A stretch of DNA of 64,000 nucleotides, from contig DATGIZ010000042.1 of NCBI GenBank assembly GCA_035295465.1, positions 91,614 through 155,613 on the forward strand, read 5' to 3'. Origin of the DNA: Candidatus Binatia bacterium. GTDB taxonomy: Bacteria; Desulfobacterota; Binatia; DP-6. Shown here piece after piece: positions 19,292 through 28,589 of this stretch; position 1 is the stretch's first letter; each line of letters opens with the position of its first letter. Below the pieces are notes generated by a model that made no database searches, was not told where the DNA came from, and saw only the letters and a program-made list of their open reading frames with translations. The translations under genes and the position numbers were made by a program.

Positions 19292-20461
19292 ATGCGCTTC
19301 GAGCTGACGCCCGCGCAGCAGGCCTGGCGGGAGGAGGTGCGCGCCTTTCTACGCACGCATCTCACGCCCGAGGTGGAGGCCGAGCTGGCCCAGGCGGGCA
19401 GCGAGGGCCGCGGCCCGCGCGCGCGGGAGTTCATTCGCACGCTCGGGGCCCAGGGGTGGTGGGGCGTGGCGTGGCCGAAGGAGCTGGGCGGCCTCGGCCG
19501 CTCGGCGTGTGACCAGTACGTCTTCATCGAGGAGCTCGAGTACGCGTTCGCGCCCTCCCTGCATCTCACGGTCACCTCGGTGGCGCCGACGATCCTGCGG
19601 GTCGGCTCCGAGGCGCTCAAGCGCGAGTGGATCCCGCGCATCCTCCGCGGCGAGGTCGACTTCGCGATCGGCTATTCGGAGCCGCAGGCCGGCACCGACC
19701 TGGCGAGCCTCCAGACCCGCGCGGTCGAGGACGGCGAGGGCTGGGTGATCGACGGCCAGAAGATCTGGAACACCGGCGCCGCGCACGCGACCCACGAGTG
19801 GCTCGCCTGCCGCACGGAGCCCGCGGCGCCGCGCCACCGCGGCATCTCGCTCTTCATCGTGCCGCTCGACGCCCCGGGCATCACGATCCAGTCGATGGAC
19901 ACGTGGGGCGGCTTTCCCACCTACCAGGTCTTCTTCGACGGCGTGCGGGTGCCGCGCGCGAACCTCGTCGGCGAGCGCGGGCGCGGCTGGGAGTACATGA
20001 CGATGGCGCTCGACTTCGAGCGGGTCGCGATGGGCTCGGTCGGCGGCCCGCGCCGGCTGCTCGACGACCTGATCGCGTGCTGCCGCACGACCGTGGTCGG
20101 CGGCCGGCCGCTCGCCGCCGACCCGGCCGTCCGCTTGGCGCTCGCCGGGCTCGACGTCGAGGTCGAGGCCGCGCGCATGCTCGGCTGGCTCAACGCGTGG
20201 ACGGTGGACCAGGGGCGCGTGCCCTTGCGCGAGGCGTCGATGGTGAAGGTCGCGAGCAGCGAGGCGCGCCAGAAGGTGTGCGACGTGGGGCTGCGGCTGC
20301 TCGGGCTCCACGGGCTGGTCGGGGAGGGGCCGTGGGCCCCGCTCGGTGGCCGCCTCCAGCGCATGTATCGCGCCTCGCCCGTGTGGCGGTTCGGCGGGGG
20401 CACGAACGAGGTGCAGCGCACGATCATCGCCCAGCACGGGCTCGGGCTGCCGCGGGGCTGA
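19292..20461 (+). CDS. Acyl-CoA dehydrogenase (FadE-like), first of a tandem pair.
   Basis: The three ACAD domains are recognisable (…GYSEPQAGTDLASLQTRA…DGQKIWNTGAAHA…GGGTNEVQRTIIAQHGLGLP). Confidence 0.9.
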   Translation: MRFELTPAQQAWREEVRAFLRTHLTPEVEAELAQAGSEGRGPRAREFIRTLGAQGWWGVAWPKELGGLGRSACDQYVFIEELEYAFAPSLHLTVTSVAPTILRVGSEALKREWIPRILRGEVDFAIGYSEPQAGTDLASLQTRAVEDGEGWVIDGQKIWNTGAAHATHEWLACRTEPAAPRHRGISLFIVPLDAPGITIQSMDTWGGFPTYQVFFDGVRVPRANLVGERGRGWEYMTMALDFERVAMGSVGGPRRLLDDLIACCRTTVVGGRPLAADPAVRLALAGLDVEVEAARMLGWLNAWTVDQGRVPLREASMVKVASSEARQKVCDVGLRLLGLHGLVGEGPWAPLGGRLQRMYRASPVWRFGGGTNEVQRTIIAQHGLGLPRG

Positions 20462-20465
20462 AGCC

Positions 20466-21545
20466 GTGGACTTCGCGCTCAGCGACGAGCAACGGCTGGT
20501 GCAGGAGCAGGCGCGCGCGCTCCTCGCACGCCACCTGCCCGCCGACGCGGTGCGGGCGCAGCGGGCGGCGGGCGGCGCCTGCCCGCCGGAGCTGTGGCGC
20601 GTCCTCGCCGCCGCCGGCTGGCCGGGCTACGGGCTCCCGCGGGCGCACGGGGGGCTCGGGGCCGACCTCGTCGATCTGGCGCTCCTTTTCGAGGAGTGCG
20701 GCCGGGCGCTCGCGCCGGCACGGCTCCGCGCGACGGTCGGCGCGGGCCTCGTGCTGGCCGCGGCCGGGAGCGCGGAGGAGCTGCCGGCGCTCGCGCGCGG
20801 CGCGCGCGTGGCGACCCTCGCCGCGGTCGAGCCGGACGCCGGTGACGATCCCGCCCGGCTCACGGCCGCGCTCGCCGGCGGACGGCTGCGCGGGGAGAAG
20901 CGCTTCGTGGTCGCCGGCGCCGAGGCCGACCTGCTCGTGGTCGCGGCCCGCGCGGAGACGGGCCTCGCGCTCGCGCTCGTGCCGCGCTCCGCGGAGGTCG
21001 CCGTCGAGCCGGTGCCCGGGTGGACCGGAGAGCCGCTCGCCCGCGTGCGCTTCGAGGCGGCCGCCCCGGCGGCGATCCTCGCCGAGGGCGCGGAGGCCGT
21101 CCGCCTGCTCGACGCGGCGCTCGCGCGCGAGAGCGTGCTCCTCGCCGCCGAGCTGGTCGGCGGCTTCGCGCGCGTCGTCGACCTCACCGTCGAGTACGTG
21201 AAGGGGCGCGTGCAGTTCGGCCGGCCGATCGGCGCCTTCCAGGCCGTGCAGCATCAGTGCGCCGACATGGCCACCGCACTGGAGGCGAGCCGCGCGCTCG
21301 TGCGCCAGGCGGCGTGGCGGCTCGCCCACGGGCTGCCCGCGGAGCGCGAGGTCGCGATCGCGCTCGCGTGGACCGCGCGCCGCTTCACCGCCGCGACGCT
21401 CACCGCCCACCAGCTCCACGGCGGGACGGGCTTCGTCACCGAATACCCGCTGCACCTCTACTCGAACCGCGCCCGGGCGGGCGAGGCGCTGCTCGGCCCG
21501 TACGCGCGGCACCTCGAGCGGATCGCGCGCGCGCGGGCACTGTGA
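20466..21545 (+). CDS. Acyl-CoA dehydrogenase family protein, second of the tandem pair (a likely partner subunit).
   Basis: The GTG start is 5 nt after the first ACAD stop. It carries ACAD C-terminal helical domain motifs (…AFQAVQHQCADMAT…HGGTGFVTEYPLHLYSNRAR). Confidence 0.8.
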   Translation: MDFALSDEQRLVQEQARALLARHLPADAVRAQRAAGGACPPELWRVLAAAGWPGYGLPRAHGGLGADLVDLALLFEECGRALAPARLRATVGAGLVLAAAGSAEELPALARGARVATLAAVEPDAGDDPARLTAALAGGRLRGEKRFVVAGAEADLLVVAARAETGLALALVPRSAEVAVEPVPGWTGEPLARVRFEAAAPAAILAEGAEAVRLLDAALARESVLLAAELVGGFARVVDLTVEYVKGRVQFGRPIGAFQAVQHQCADMATALEASRALVRQAAWRLAHGLPAEREVAIALAWTARRFTAATLTAHQLHGGTGFVTEYPLHLYSNRARAGEALLGPYARHLERIARARAL

Positions 21546-21573
21546 TCGGCGGGACAGGGCGCCCTCGCCGTGC

Positions 21574-22962
21574 TCAGCGCAGCGGCGGCGTCACCACGCG
21601 GTGCTCGGGCGCGGCCTGCTCGAGCGCGTAGGCGATGCGCAGCGCGAGCGCGTCCGCGGCCGCGGGGGCGACGATCTGGATGCCGACGGGCAGGCCGGCC
21701 GCGAAGCCGGCGGGAAGCGCGACCGCGGGCAGGCCGGCGAGATTCGCGGCCCCCGTGTAGGGGACGCATGCGCGCACGGCGGGCCCCTCGTCCGCGTCGA
21801 TGCGCGGGGCCGGGACGGGAGTCGTGGGGAGCACCAGCGCCTCGACCCTGGCGAAGGCCGCCGCGTAGTCGCGGCGGACGCGTTGCCGGTCCTGCTGCGC
21901 GCGCACCCAGACCGCCGGATCGGTGGCGATGCCCCGAGCCTGCGCGCGCGTCACCGCGGGGCTGAACAGCCGCGGCCGCTCGCCGAGCAGCGCCTCGAGC
22001 AGCACCTCGCCCTCGATGCCGAAGAGCGTCCCGATGCCGGGCAGCACGAGGTCGTGGTTCGGCATCGCGACCTCGACGATCTCCGCGCCGAGGGCAGTGA
22101 GCCGCTCGACGGTGGTCTCGAACGCGCCCCGCACGGCGGGCTCGGGTGCAGGATCGAGGAAGTCGAGGCTCACGCCGACGCGGAGGCCCGCCACGCCGGC
22201 CTCGAGGCCGCTCACGAGGTCCGGCACGGGCTCCGGTCGCGAGTAGACGTACTCGGGATCCCAGCCGGCGAGCGCCTGCGCCGCCACCGCGGCGTCGCGC
22301 ACGCTGCGCGCGAGCGGTCCGGGCGTCGAGTAGGAGGAATTGCCGTTGCCGAACTGGCCGCGGTTGCTGATGAGCCCGAGCGTCGGCTTGAAGCCGACCA
22401 CGCCGCAGAACGCCGCCGGGATGCGGATCGACCCCCCGCCGTCGGTGCCGATCTGGAGCGGTCCCATGCCCGCCGCCACGGCCGCGCCGGCGCCCCCGCT
22501 CGAGCCGCCCGGCACGTGGTCGAGGTGCCACGGGTTGCGCGTCGGACCGAAGAAGAAATTGTTGGTGGTGATGCCCTTGCCGAGCTCGTGGGTCGCGGTC
22601 TTGCCCGTGATCACCGCGCCCGCGGCCCGCAGCCGCGCGGGCACCGCGCCGTCGCGCTCGGGCACGTGATCCGCGAACATGCCCGAGCCGTAGGTCGTGC
22701 GCAGGCCGGCCGTGTCGATCAGGTCCTTCACCCCGACGGGGATGCCGTGGAGCGGGCCGCGGTAGAGGCCGCGGGCGAGATCGCGCTCGGCGGCGCGCGC
22801 GTCCGCGAGCGCCGCCCCCGCCAGCGTCGTGAACGCGTTGACGGTCGGGTTGAGCGCGTCGATGCGCGCGAGCACCGCCTCGAGCAGCTCGACCGGCGAG
22901 AGCGCGCGCCGGCGCAGCAGCTCGCCGGCCTCGACCAACGACAGCGCGAGCGGGCTCCCCAC
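21574..22962 (-). CDS. Amidase (amidase-signature family).
   Basis: It has the AS signature GGSSGGAGAAVAAGMGPLQIGTDGGGSIRIPAAFCGVVGFKPTLG and the catalytic Lys in VGVKDLIDTAG. The start is taken as the GTG at 22962; the ATG at 23043 would overlap the polB start. Confidence 0.8.
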   Translation of the reverse strand: MGSPLALSLVEAGELLRRRALSPVELLEAVLARIDALNPTVNAFTTLAGAALADARAAERDLARGLYRGPLHGIPVGVKDLIDTAGLRTTYGSGMFADHVPERDGAVPARLRAAGAVITGKTATHELGKGITTNNFFFGPTRNPWHLDHVPGGSSGGAGAAVAAGMGPLQIGTDGGGSIRIPAAFCGVVGFKPTLGLISNRGQFGNGNSSYSTPGPLARSVRDAAVAAQALAGWDPEYVYSRPEPVPDLVSGLEAGVAGLRVGVSLDFLDPAPEPAVRGAFETTVERLTALGAEIVEVAMPNHDLVLPGIGTLFGIEGEVLLEALLGERPRLFSPAVTRAQARGIATDPAVWVRAQQDRQRVRRDYAAAFARVEALVLPTTPVPAPRIDADEGPAVRACVPYTGAANLAGLPAVALPAGFAAGLPVGIQIVAPAAADALALRIAYALEQAAPEHRVVTPPLR

Positions 22963-23017
22963 GATCGACCGTGTAGCAGATCTGGTGCCGGCAGGCCCGC
23001 GGGGGGATAGTGGGCCC

Positions 23018-25327
23018 GTGGCCGCGCGCGGCTTCGTGCTCACGCCGACCTACCGCGTCGCGGCAGGCCGGCCCGAGGTGCATCTCTACGGCGTCCTCGA
23101 GGGCGGCGAGCCGGTGCTGGTCGTCGACGATCGGCTCGCGCCGTACTTCTTCGTACGCGCCGCCGACGCAGCCCACCTGGCGGACGCCCGGGTGGTCGCG
23201 ACGGACCTGCGCACCTTCGCCGGCGAGCCGGTGCTGCGAGTCGAGGTGGCCCTGCCGCGCGACGTCCCGCCGCTGCGCGCGCGGCTCGCCGCCGCCGGCG
23301 TGCCCACCTACGAAGCCGATCTGCGCTTCGCGTACCGGTGGCTGATCGACCGCGGCATCTCGGGCGCGTTCGCGGTGGAGGGGCGCTTCGAGCGCCGGCC
23401 CGGGGTCGGCCGCGTCTACCACAACCCCGCCCTCGACCCGGCGGTCTTCACGCCGAACCTGCGCGTGCTCGCGCTCGACATCGAGACCAGCCTCGACACG
23501 GGTGCCCTCTACTCGCTCGCGGTCGCGGGCGCCGGTGGCGAGCGCGTCTTCGTCGTCGGCCGAGCCCCGGTCGCCGGCGCCGAGGTGGTGCCCGACGAGC
23601 GCACCCTGATCGAGCGCTTCCTCGCCCACGTACGCGCCGCCGATCCGGACGTCCTCACCGGATGGAACGTCTGCGACTTCGACCTGGCGGTACTGCTCCG
23701 CTGCGCGCGGCGGGCGGGCCTGCGGCTGGCACTCGGGCGCGGGGACGACGAGCTCGAGCTCCAGCGCGACCCGGGATTCACGCGCGAGGCGCGGGCGGTC
23801 GTGGCGGGGCGGGTCGTGCTCGACGGGCTCGCGCTGCTGCGCTCGTCCTTCTACCGCCTCGAGGACTACACGCTGGAGACCGCCGCGCGGACCCTCGTCG
23901 GACGCGGCAAGCTCCTTGGCCCCGGCCACCGCGGCGCGGCGATCGAGGCGGCGTACCGGGACGATCCTGCGGCGCTCGCGGCCTACAACCTCGAGGACGC
24001 CCGGCTCGTGCTCGCCATCCTCGCGCGCACCGGCCTCGTCGAGCTGACGGTGCGGCGGAGCCTGCTCACGGGGATGCAGCTCGACCGGGTGAGCGCGCAG
24101 ATCGCGTCGGTCGACTCGCTCTACCTGCGCGCGCTGCGCGCCCGCGGCCGGGTGGCGCCGTCGGTGCAGAACGGGGCCGACGCGGCGGGCGCAATCGCCG
24201 GGGGGCTCGTGCTCGACTCGCGCCCGGGGCTCTACCGCAACATCCTCGTCTTCGACTTCAAGAGCCTCTACCCGAGCCTGATCCGTACCTTCAACATCGA
24301 TCCCCTCGTGTTCGTGCCCGCGCCGCCGTGGCCTGCCGCGCACGTGCGCACGCCGGGCGGCGCCGTCTTCCGCACCGACGAGGAGGGCATCCTGCCCGCG
24401 CTGGTCGCGCGCCTGTGGGACGAGCGCGCGCGTGCCCGCGCGGCGGGCGACACGGTGGGCGCGCAGGCGATCAAGATTCTCATGAACTCGCTCTTCGGCG
24501 TGCTCGGCTCGCCGGCCTCGCGGCTGTTCGCGCCCGCCGTGGCGAACGCGATCACCACCGCGGGGCAGCACGTGATCCGCCTCGCCGCCGCGGCGGCCGC
24601 CGCTCACGGCTGTCGCGTCATCTACGGCGACACGGACTCGCTGTTCGTCGACCCGGGCGAGGCCGACCCGGCGCGGGCGGCGGCGCGCGGGCACGAGCTC
24701 TGCGACGCGATCGGCGGTGCGGTGGGCGCGGCCCTCGAGGCGGAGTTCGGCTGCACGAGCCGGCTCGAGCTCGAGTTCGAGAAGGTGTACGCGCGCTTCT
24801 TCATGCCCGAGGTGCGCGGCGGCACGGCGGGGAGCAAGAAGCGGTACGCCGGCCTGGTGGTCGAGGACGGCGGCGAGCGCGTCGAGATCGTGGGGCTCGA
24901 GGCGGTGCGGCGCGACTGGAGCGCCGTGGCGCGGCGCTTCCAGCGTGCGCTGCTCGACCTCGTGCTCCACGACCGGCCGGTGGCCGACTTCGTGCGTGGC
25001 TTCGTCGCCGGGCTGCGCGCCGGCCGCCACGACGACGCGCTCGTCTACCGCAAGGCGCTGCGCAAGCCGCTCGCGGCGTACACCCGCACCACGCCGCCGC
25101 ACGTCAAGGCGGCGCGCAGGCAGGGCACGGAGGCGGGGCGGCTCGTCTCCTACGTGGTCACGCGCGCGGGGCCGGAGCCGGCGGACGCCACCACGGCGCC
25201 GCCCGACTACGACCACTACGTCGAGCACCAGCTCAAGCCGATCGCCGACGCGGTGCTCCGCTTCCTCGGCGGCCCCGATTTCGACGGGATCATCGGGGCG
25301 CGCCGCCAGCTCTCGCTCTTCAAGTGA
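23018..25327 (+). CDS. polB: DNA polymerase II (family B).
   Basis: The N-terminus [14 protein letters not shown]...[17 protein letters not shown] parallels E. coli Pol II (AQAGFILTRHWRDT...). It has Exo I (LALDIETS), motif A ([10 protein letters not shown]), motif B ([12 protein letters not shown]) and motif C (YGDTDS). Confidence 0.9.
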   Translation: MAARGFVLTPTYRVAAGRPEVHLYGVLEGGEPVLVVDDRLAPYFFVRAADAAHLADARVVATDLRTFAGEPVLRVEVALPRDVPPLRARLAAAGVPTYEADLRFAYRWLIDRGISGAFAVEGRFERRPGVGRVYHNPALDPAVFTPNLRVLALDIETSLDTGALYSLAVAGAGGERVFVVGRAPVAGAEVVPDERTLIERFLAHVRAADPDVLTGWNVCDFDLAVLLRCARRAGLRLALGRGDDELELQRDPGFTREARAVVAGRVVLDGLALLRSSFYRLEDYTLETAARTLVGRGKLLGPGHRGAAIEAAYRDDPAALAAYNLEDARLVLAILARTGLVELTVRRSLLTGMQLDRVSAQIASVDSLYLRALRARGRVAPSVQNGADAAGAIAGGLVLDSRPGLYRNILVFDFKSLYPSLIRTFNIDPLVFVPAPPWPAAHVRTPGGAVFRTDEEGILPALVARLWDERARARAAGDTVGAQAIKILMNSLFGVLGSPASRLFAPAVANAITTAGQHVIRLAAAAAAAHGCRVIYGDTDSLFVDPGEADPARAAARGHELCDAIGGAVGAALEAEFGCTSRLELEFEKVYARFFMPEVRGGTAGSKKRYAGLVVEDGGERVEIVGLEAVRRDWSAVARRFQRALLDLVLHDRPVADFVRGFVAGLRAGRHDDALVYRKALRKPLAAYTRTTPPHVKAARRQGTEAGRLVSYVVTRAGPEPADATTAPPDYDHYVEHQLKPIADAVLRFLGGPDFDGIIGARRQLSLFK

Positions 25328-25382
25328 CCGCGGCCGGCCCATTCACGTCGAGCGGCCGACCTGCCGATATTCCGTCGGTTCC

Positions 25383-27629
25383 ATGGCCTCCGTCGGCGAC
25401 TTGATCCGCGATTTGCTCGACGGGGGCATCGGCCCCGACGATCCGCGGGCGGGCGATCCGGTCCTCATGCGGCGCGTGCGGACCCTCAACGGCTGCACGC
25501 TCGCCCTGCTGCTGGCCTCGCCGCTCACCGCCGCCTTCTACCTGAGCCTCGGGCTGCGCGCGGTCGCCCTCGCCGTCGTGCTCGCGATCCCGGTCAGCGT
25601 GCTCGGGATCGTGCACGTGCGCCGGGGCGGGAGCCTCGCGCGGGCGTCGCACTGCAACATGCTGGCCTTCGTCGTCGTGCTGCTGTTCATCCAGAGCCTC
25701 ACCGGCGGGATCCACGCTCCGGGCCAAGGTTGGGTCTTCGTCCCCGCGGTGACCGCGGGCCTGACCCTCGGCGTCCGCGGCGTCGCGCTCTACACGGCGG
25801 TGGGATTGGCGCAGACGGTCCTGTTCGCCGCGCTGGCGGCGAGCGGTGTCGCGGTCCCCTCGATCGTGCCCCCGGGCTTCACGGTGGCCTACGCCACGAT
25901 CGTTCAGCTCCTGCTGGGCGCAGCGCTCCTCGCGCTCGTCGGCGCCTTCCTCTCGGCGGGGCAGCGGGCGGAGCGCGACCTGCTCGCCGCCAACCAGAAG
26001 CTCACCGACGCCCGCGATCAGGCCGAGCGGGCCGCGCGCGCCAAGAGCGAGTTCCTCGCCAACATGAGCCACGAGATCCGCACGCCGATGAACGCGGTGA
26101 TCGGGATGACCGGCCTTCTTCTCGACACGCCGCTGACCGCCGAGCAGCGTGACTTCGTCGAGACCATCCGGGTGAGCGGCGATGGGCTGCTGTCGATCAT
26201 CAACGACATCCTCGACTTCTCGAAGATCGAGTCGGGCCGGATGGAGCTCGAGCAGCAGCCCTTCGAGGTGCGCACCTGCATCGAGGAGGCGCTCGACCTG
26301 CTCGCCTCCCGGGCGAAGGAGCAGGGGCTCGAGCTCGCGTACTTCTGCGCCGAGGACGTGCCGGCGGTGGTCCTCGGCGACGTCACCCGGCTGCGGCAGG
26401 TCCTGGTCAATCTGGTCGGCAACGCCGTCAAGTTCACGCCTGCGGGCGAAGTGGTCGTGGGGGTCGCGGCGACGCGGGGGCCCGACGGCCGCCACGAGCT
26501 GCACTTCGCCGTGCGCGACACCGGCATCGGCATCCCCGCCGACCGCATGGATCGGCTGTTCCGCTCCTTCAGCCAGGTCGATGCGTCGACGACGCGCAAG
26601 CACGGGGGCAGCGGCCTCGGGCTCGCGATCTCGAAGCGGCTCACCGAGCTGATGGGCGGCCGGATGTGGGTGGAGAGCGCCATGGGAGTCGGCTCGACCT
26701 TCCACTTCGCGATCCCCGCGGTGGAGGCGGCGGACGCCGGCGCGCCGCCGCCGGGCGAGGCGGCCCGGCTGCGCGGGAAGCGCGCCCTCATCGTCGACGA
26801 CAACGAGACGAACCGCCGCATCCTCGCCCTCCAAGCCCTCTCCTGGGGCCTCGAGTTCTCGGTCGCGGGGTCGGCGGCCGAGGCGCTCGAGCTCGTCGGG
26901 CGCGGCGAGCGCTTCGACGTCGCCGTCGTCGACGTGCTCATGCCCGAGATGGACGGCCTGGGGCTCGCGCTCGAGCTGCGGCGGCGGCACGAAGCGCCCG
27001 CGCCGGCGATCGTCGTGCTGAGCTCGATCGGTCGCTCGGAGCTGAAGGCGATCGCCGGCGAGCACGGCGTCGTGCTCGGTGAGGTGTTCGCCGCGATCCT
27101 CACCAAGCCGGTGAAGCCCGCGCACCTGCTCGACGCGCTCGCGAGGGCCGTGGCCGGGGGAGGCGCGCGGCGGGCGGTGCCTTCCCGGGGGCCCGCCGTC
27201 CCCGCCGGCCTGGCCGCGCGGCTGCCCCTGCGCATCCTTCTCGCGGAGGACAACGCCGTCAACCAGAAGGTCGCCCTTCGCCTCCTCGAGCGCATGGGCT
27301 ACCGCGCCGACGTCGCCGCCAACGGCGTGGAGGTGCTCGACGCGCTCGCGCGCCAGTCGTACGACGTCGTCCTGATGGACGTGCAGATGCCCGAGATGGA
27401 CGGCCTGGCCGCCACCCGCGCGATCCGCGAACGATATCCGCGCCCGGCCGGACCGCGCGTCGTCGGGATGACCGCCAACGCCATGCAGGGGGATCGCGAG
27501 GCGTGCCTCGGGGCCGGGATGGACGACTACGTCCCGAAACCGGTGCGCACCGAGGACCTCGTTGCGGCGCTCGAGCGCTGCGCCGCGGCCCGCGCCGACG
27601 GCGACGACCCGCACCCCCTGCCCGGCTAG
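25383..27629 (+). CDS. Hybrid sensor histidine kinase: an N-terminal polytopic membrane domain, HisKA, HATPase and two receiver domains.
   Basis: It has the H-box ([17 protein letters not shown]), the N/G boxes ([23 protein letters not shown]) and two REC domains ([12 protein letters not shown]...DVLMPEMDG and [12 protein letters not shown]...DVQMPEMDG). Confidence 0.85.
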   Translation: MASVGDLIRDLLDGGIGPDDPRAGDPVLMRRVRTLNGCTLALLLASPLTAAFYLSLGLRAVALAVVLAIPVSVLGIVHVRRGGSLARASHCNMLAFVVVLLFIQSLTGGIHAPGQGWVFVPAVTAGLTLGVRGVALYTAVGLAQTVLFAALAASGVAVPSIVPPGFTVAYATIVQLLLGAALLALVGAFLSAGQRAERDLLAANQKLTDARDQAERAARAKSEFLANMSHEIRTPMNAVIGMTGLLLDTPLTAEQRDFVETIRVSGDGLLSIINDILDFSKIESGRMELEQQPFEVRTCIEEALDLLASRAKEQGLELAYFCAEDVPAVVLGDVTRLRQVLVNLVGNAVKFTPAGEVVVGVAATRGPDGRHELHFAVRDTGIGIPADRMDRLFRSFSQVDASTTRKHGGSGLGLAISKRLTELMGGRMWVESAMGVGSTFHFAIPAVEAADAGAPPPGEAARLRGKRALIVDDNETNRRILALQALSWGLEFSVAGSAAEALELVGRGERFDVAVVDVLMPEMDGLGLALELRRRHEAPAPAIVVLSSIGRSELKAIAGEHGVVLGEVFAAILTKPVKPAHLLDALARAVAGGGARRAVPSRGPAVPAGLAARLPLRILLAEDNAVNQKVALRLLERMGYRADVAANGVEVLDALARQSYDVVLMDVQMPEMDGLAATRAIRERYPRPAGPRVVGMTANAMQGDREACLGAGMDDYVPKPVRTEDLVAALERCAAARADGDDPHPLPG

Positions 27630-28342
27630 CCGGCCAGGTACGCGTCGAAGCCCTGCTGCATCCCGTTGAGCGCGATCACCGTCCAGCGGAAGGCGTGGCG
27701 GACGAGGGCCTGCTGCTCGCGGGTCTGGACGAACGGCGCCACCGCGCGCTCGGCGTTGTCGCCGTGCTCCTCCTCCGCCTCGACATGGATGCGATAGAAC
27801 TCGAGGGCCTCCTCGGAAAGCCCGAGGCGACGGAGCGCGTGATAGAGCACCTCGGCGCCGTTCGGCCGCCCGGGCACCTGCATCTCGAGCGCCAAGCCGA
27901 ACGAGCCGAGGCCCTCGGCGAACGAGGAGCGGCAGAAGGCGCACAGGGCCGTCGTAGCGCCGACGGTCCCCGCGAGCGGCAGGTGCTCTTTGGCCTCGGC
28001 CTCGGTGATGCCGAAGCCCTCGCCGAGCAGCTTGAGGTACAGGTCCCGGTGGTCCGGCTCGCGCAGGTAGCCGAGCTCTCCCGCCAGATTGCGTGCGATC
28101 AGGCGCGCGCTCTCGCGCTCGACGGCGGTCGGCGCGTGCGCGAGCCACGCCGTCAGCGCCGGGATGCCCGGCTGGACGAAGTGGTACATGTCCTTTGCCC
28201 ACAGACGGAGCTGCGCGGGGCTCACCTGGCCCTGAACCAGCGCGGCGAGAAACCGCCCGCCGATCAGCCGCTCGCGCTTGAAGGCCACGCACTCCTCCAG
28301 GAACTCTCGCGGCGTGAGCGGCTGCTCGGTCATGAAGGCCAT
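27626..28342 (-). CDS. TenA/PqqC/CADD-like iron-containing redox enzyme family protein (haem-oxygenase-like fold).
   Basis: Size and helical pattern fit (…[20 protein letters not shown]…[14 protein letters not shown]…). A GGGAGG ribosome-binding site precedes the ATG at 28342. Confidence 0.55.
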   Translation of the reverse strand: MAFMTEQPLTPREFLEECVAFKRERLIGGRFLAALVQGQVSPAQLRLWAKDMYHFVQPGIPALTAWLAHAPTAVERESARLIARNLAGELGYLREPDHRDLYLKLLGEGFGITEAEAKEHLPLAGTVGATTALCAFCRSSFAEGLGSFGLALEMQVPGRPNGAEVLYHALRRLGLSEEALEFYRIHVEAEEEHGDNAERAVAPFVQTREQQALVRHAFRWTVIALNGMQQGFDAYLAG

Positions 28343-28589
28343 GGCGGATCCTCCCCTCAGGCCTTCTAGCGCCCCGCTTCGGGGAGAGGCAACGCCTCCG
28401 AGCGGTTCTCTTGCTCGCGCGCCTGCCCGATCCTGCAGCGATGCGGGCCCCCTTGGGGGCGGCGGGCGATGGCGTCAAAGAGGCATGCGCCGCTGCACGA
28501 CCTTTTCAGCCATGCAAGACTACCTGCATCGTAGCCGCCTCGGCAAAGCGTCATCAGGCTGGCATCGGAGTTGCGTTCTCGGACCCCCC

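Noticed and set aside
21458-28478. Long antisense ORFs across the amidase, polB and the histidine kinase (21458..25342 minus; 25320..28478 minus; 24717..27629 upstream extension).
   Set aside because: These are shadow frames. polB and the histidine kinase show complete canonical motif sets on the plus strand.
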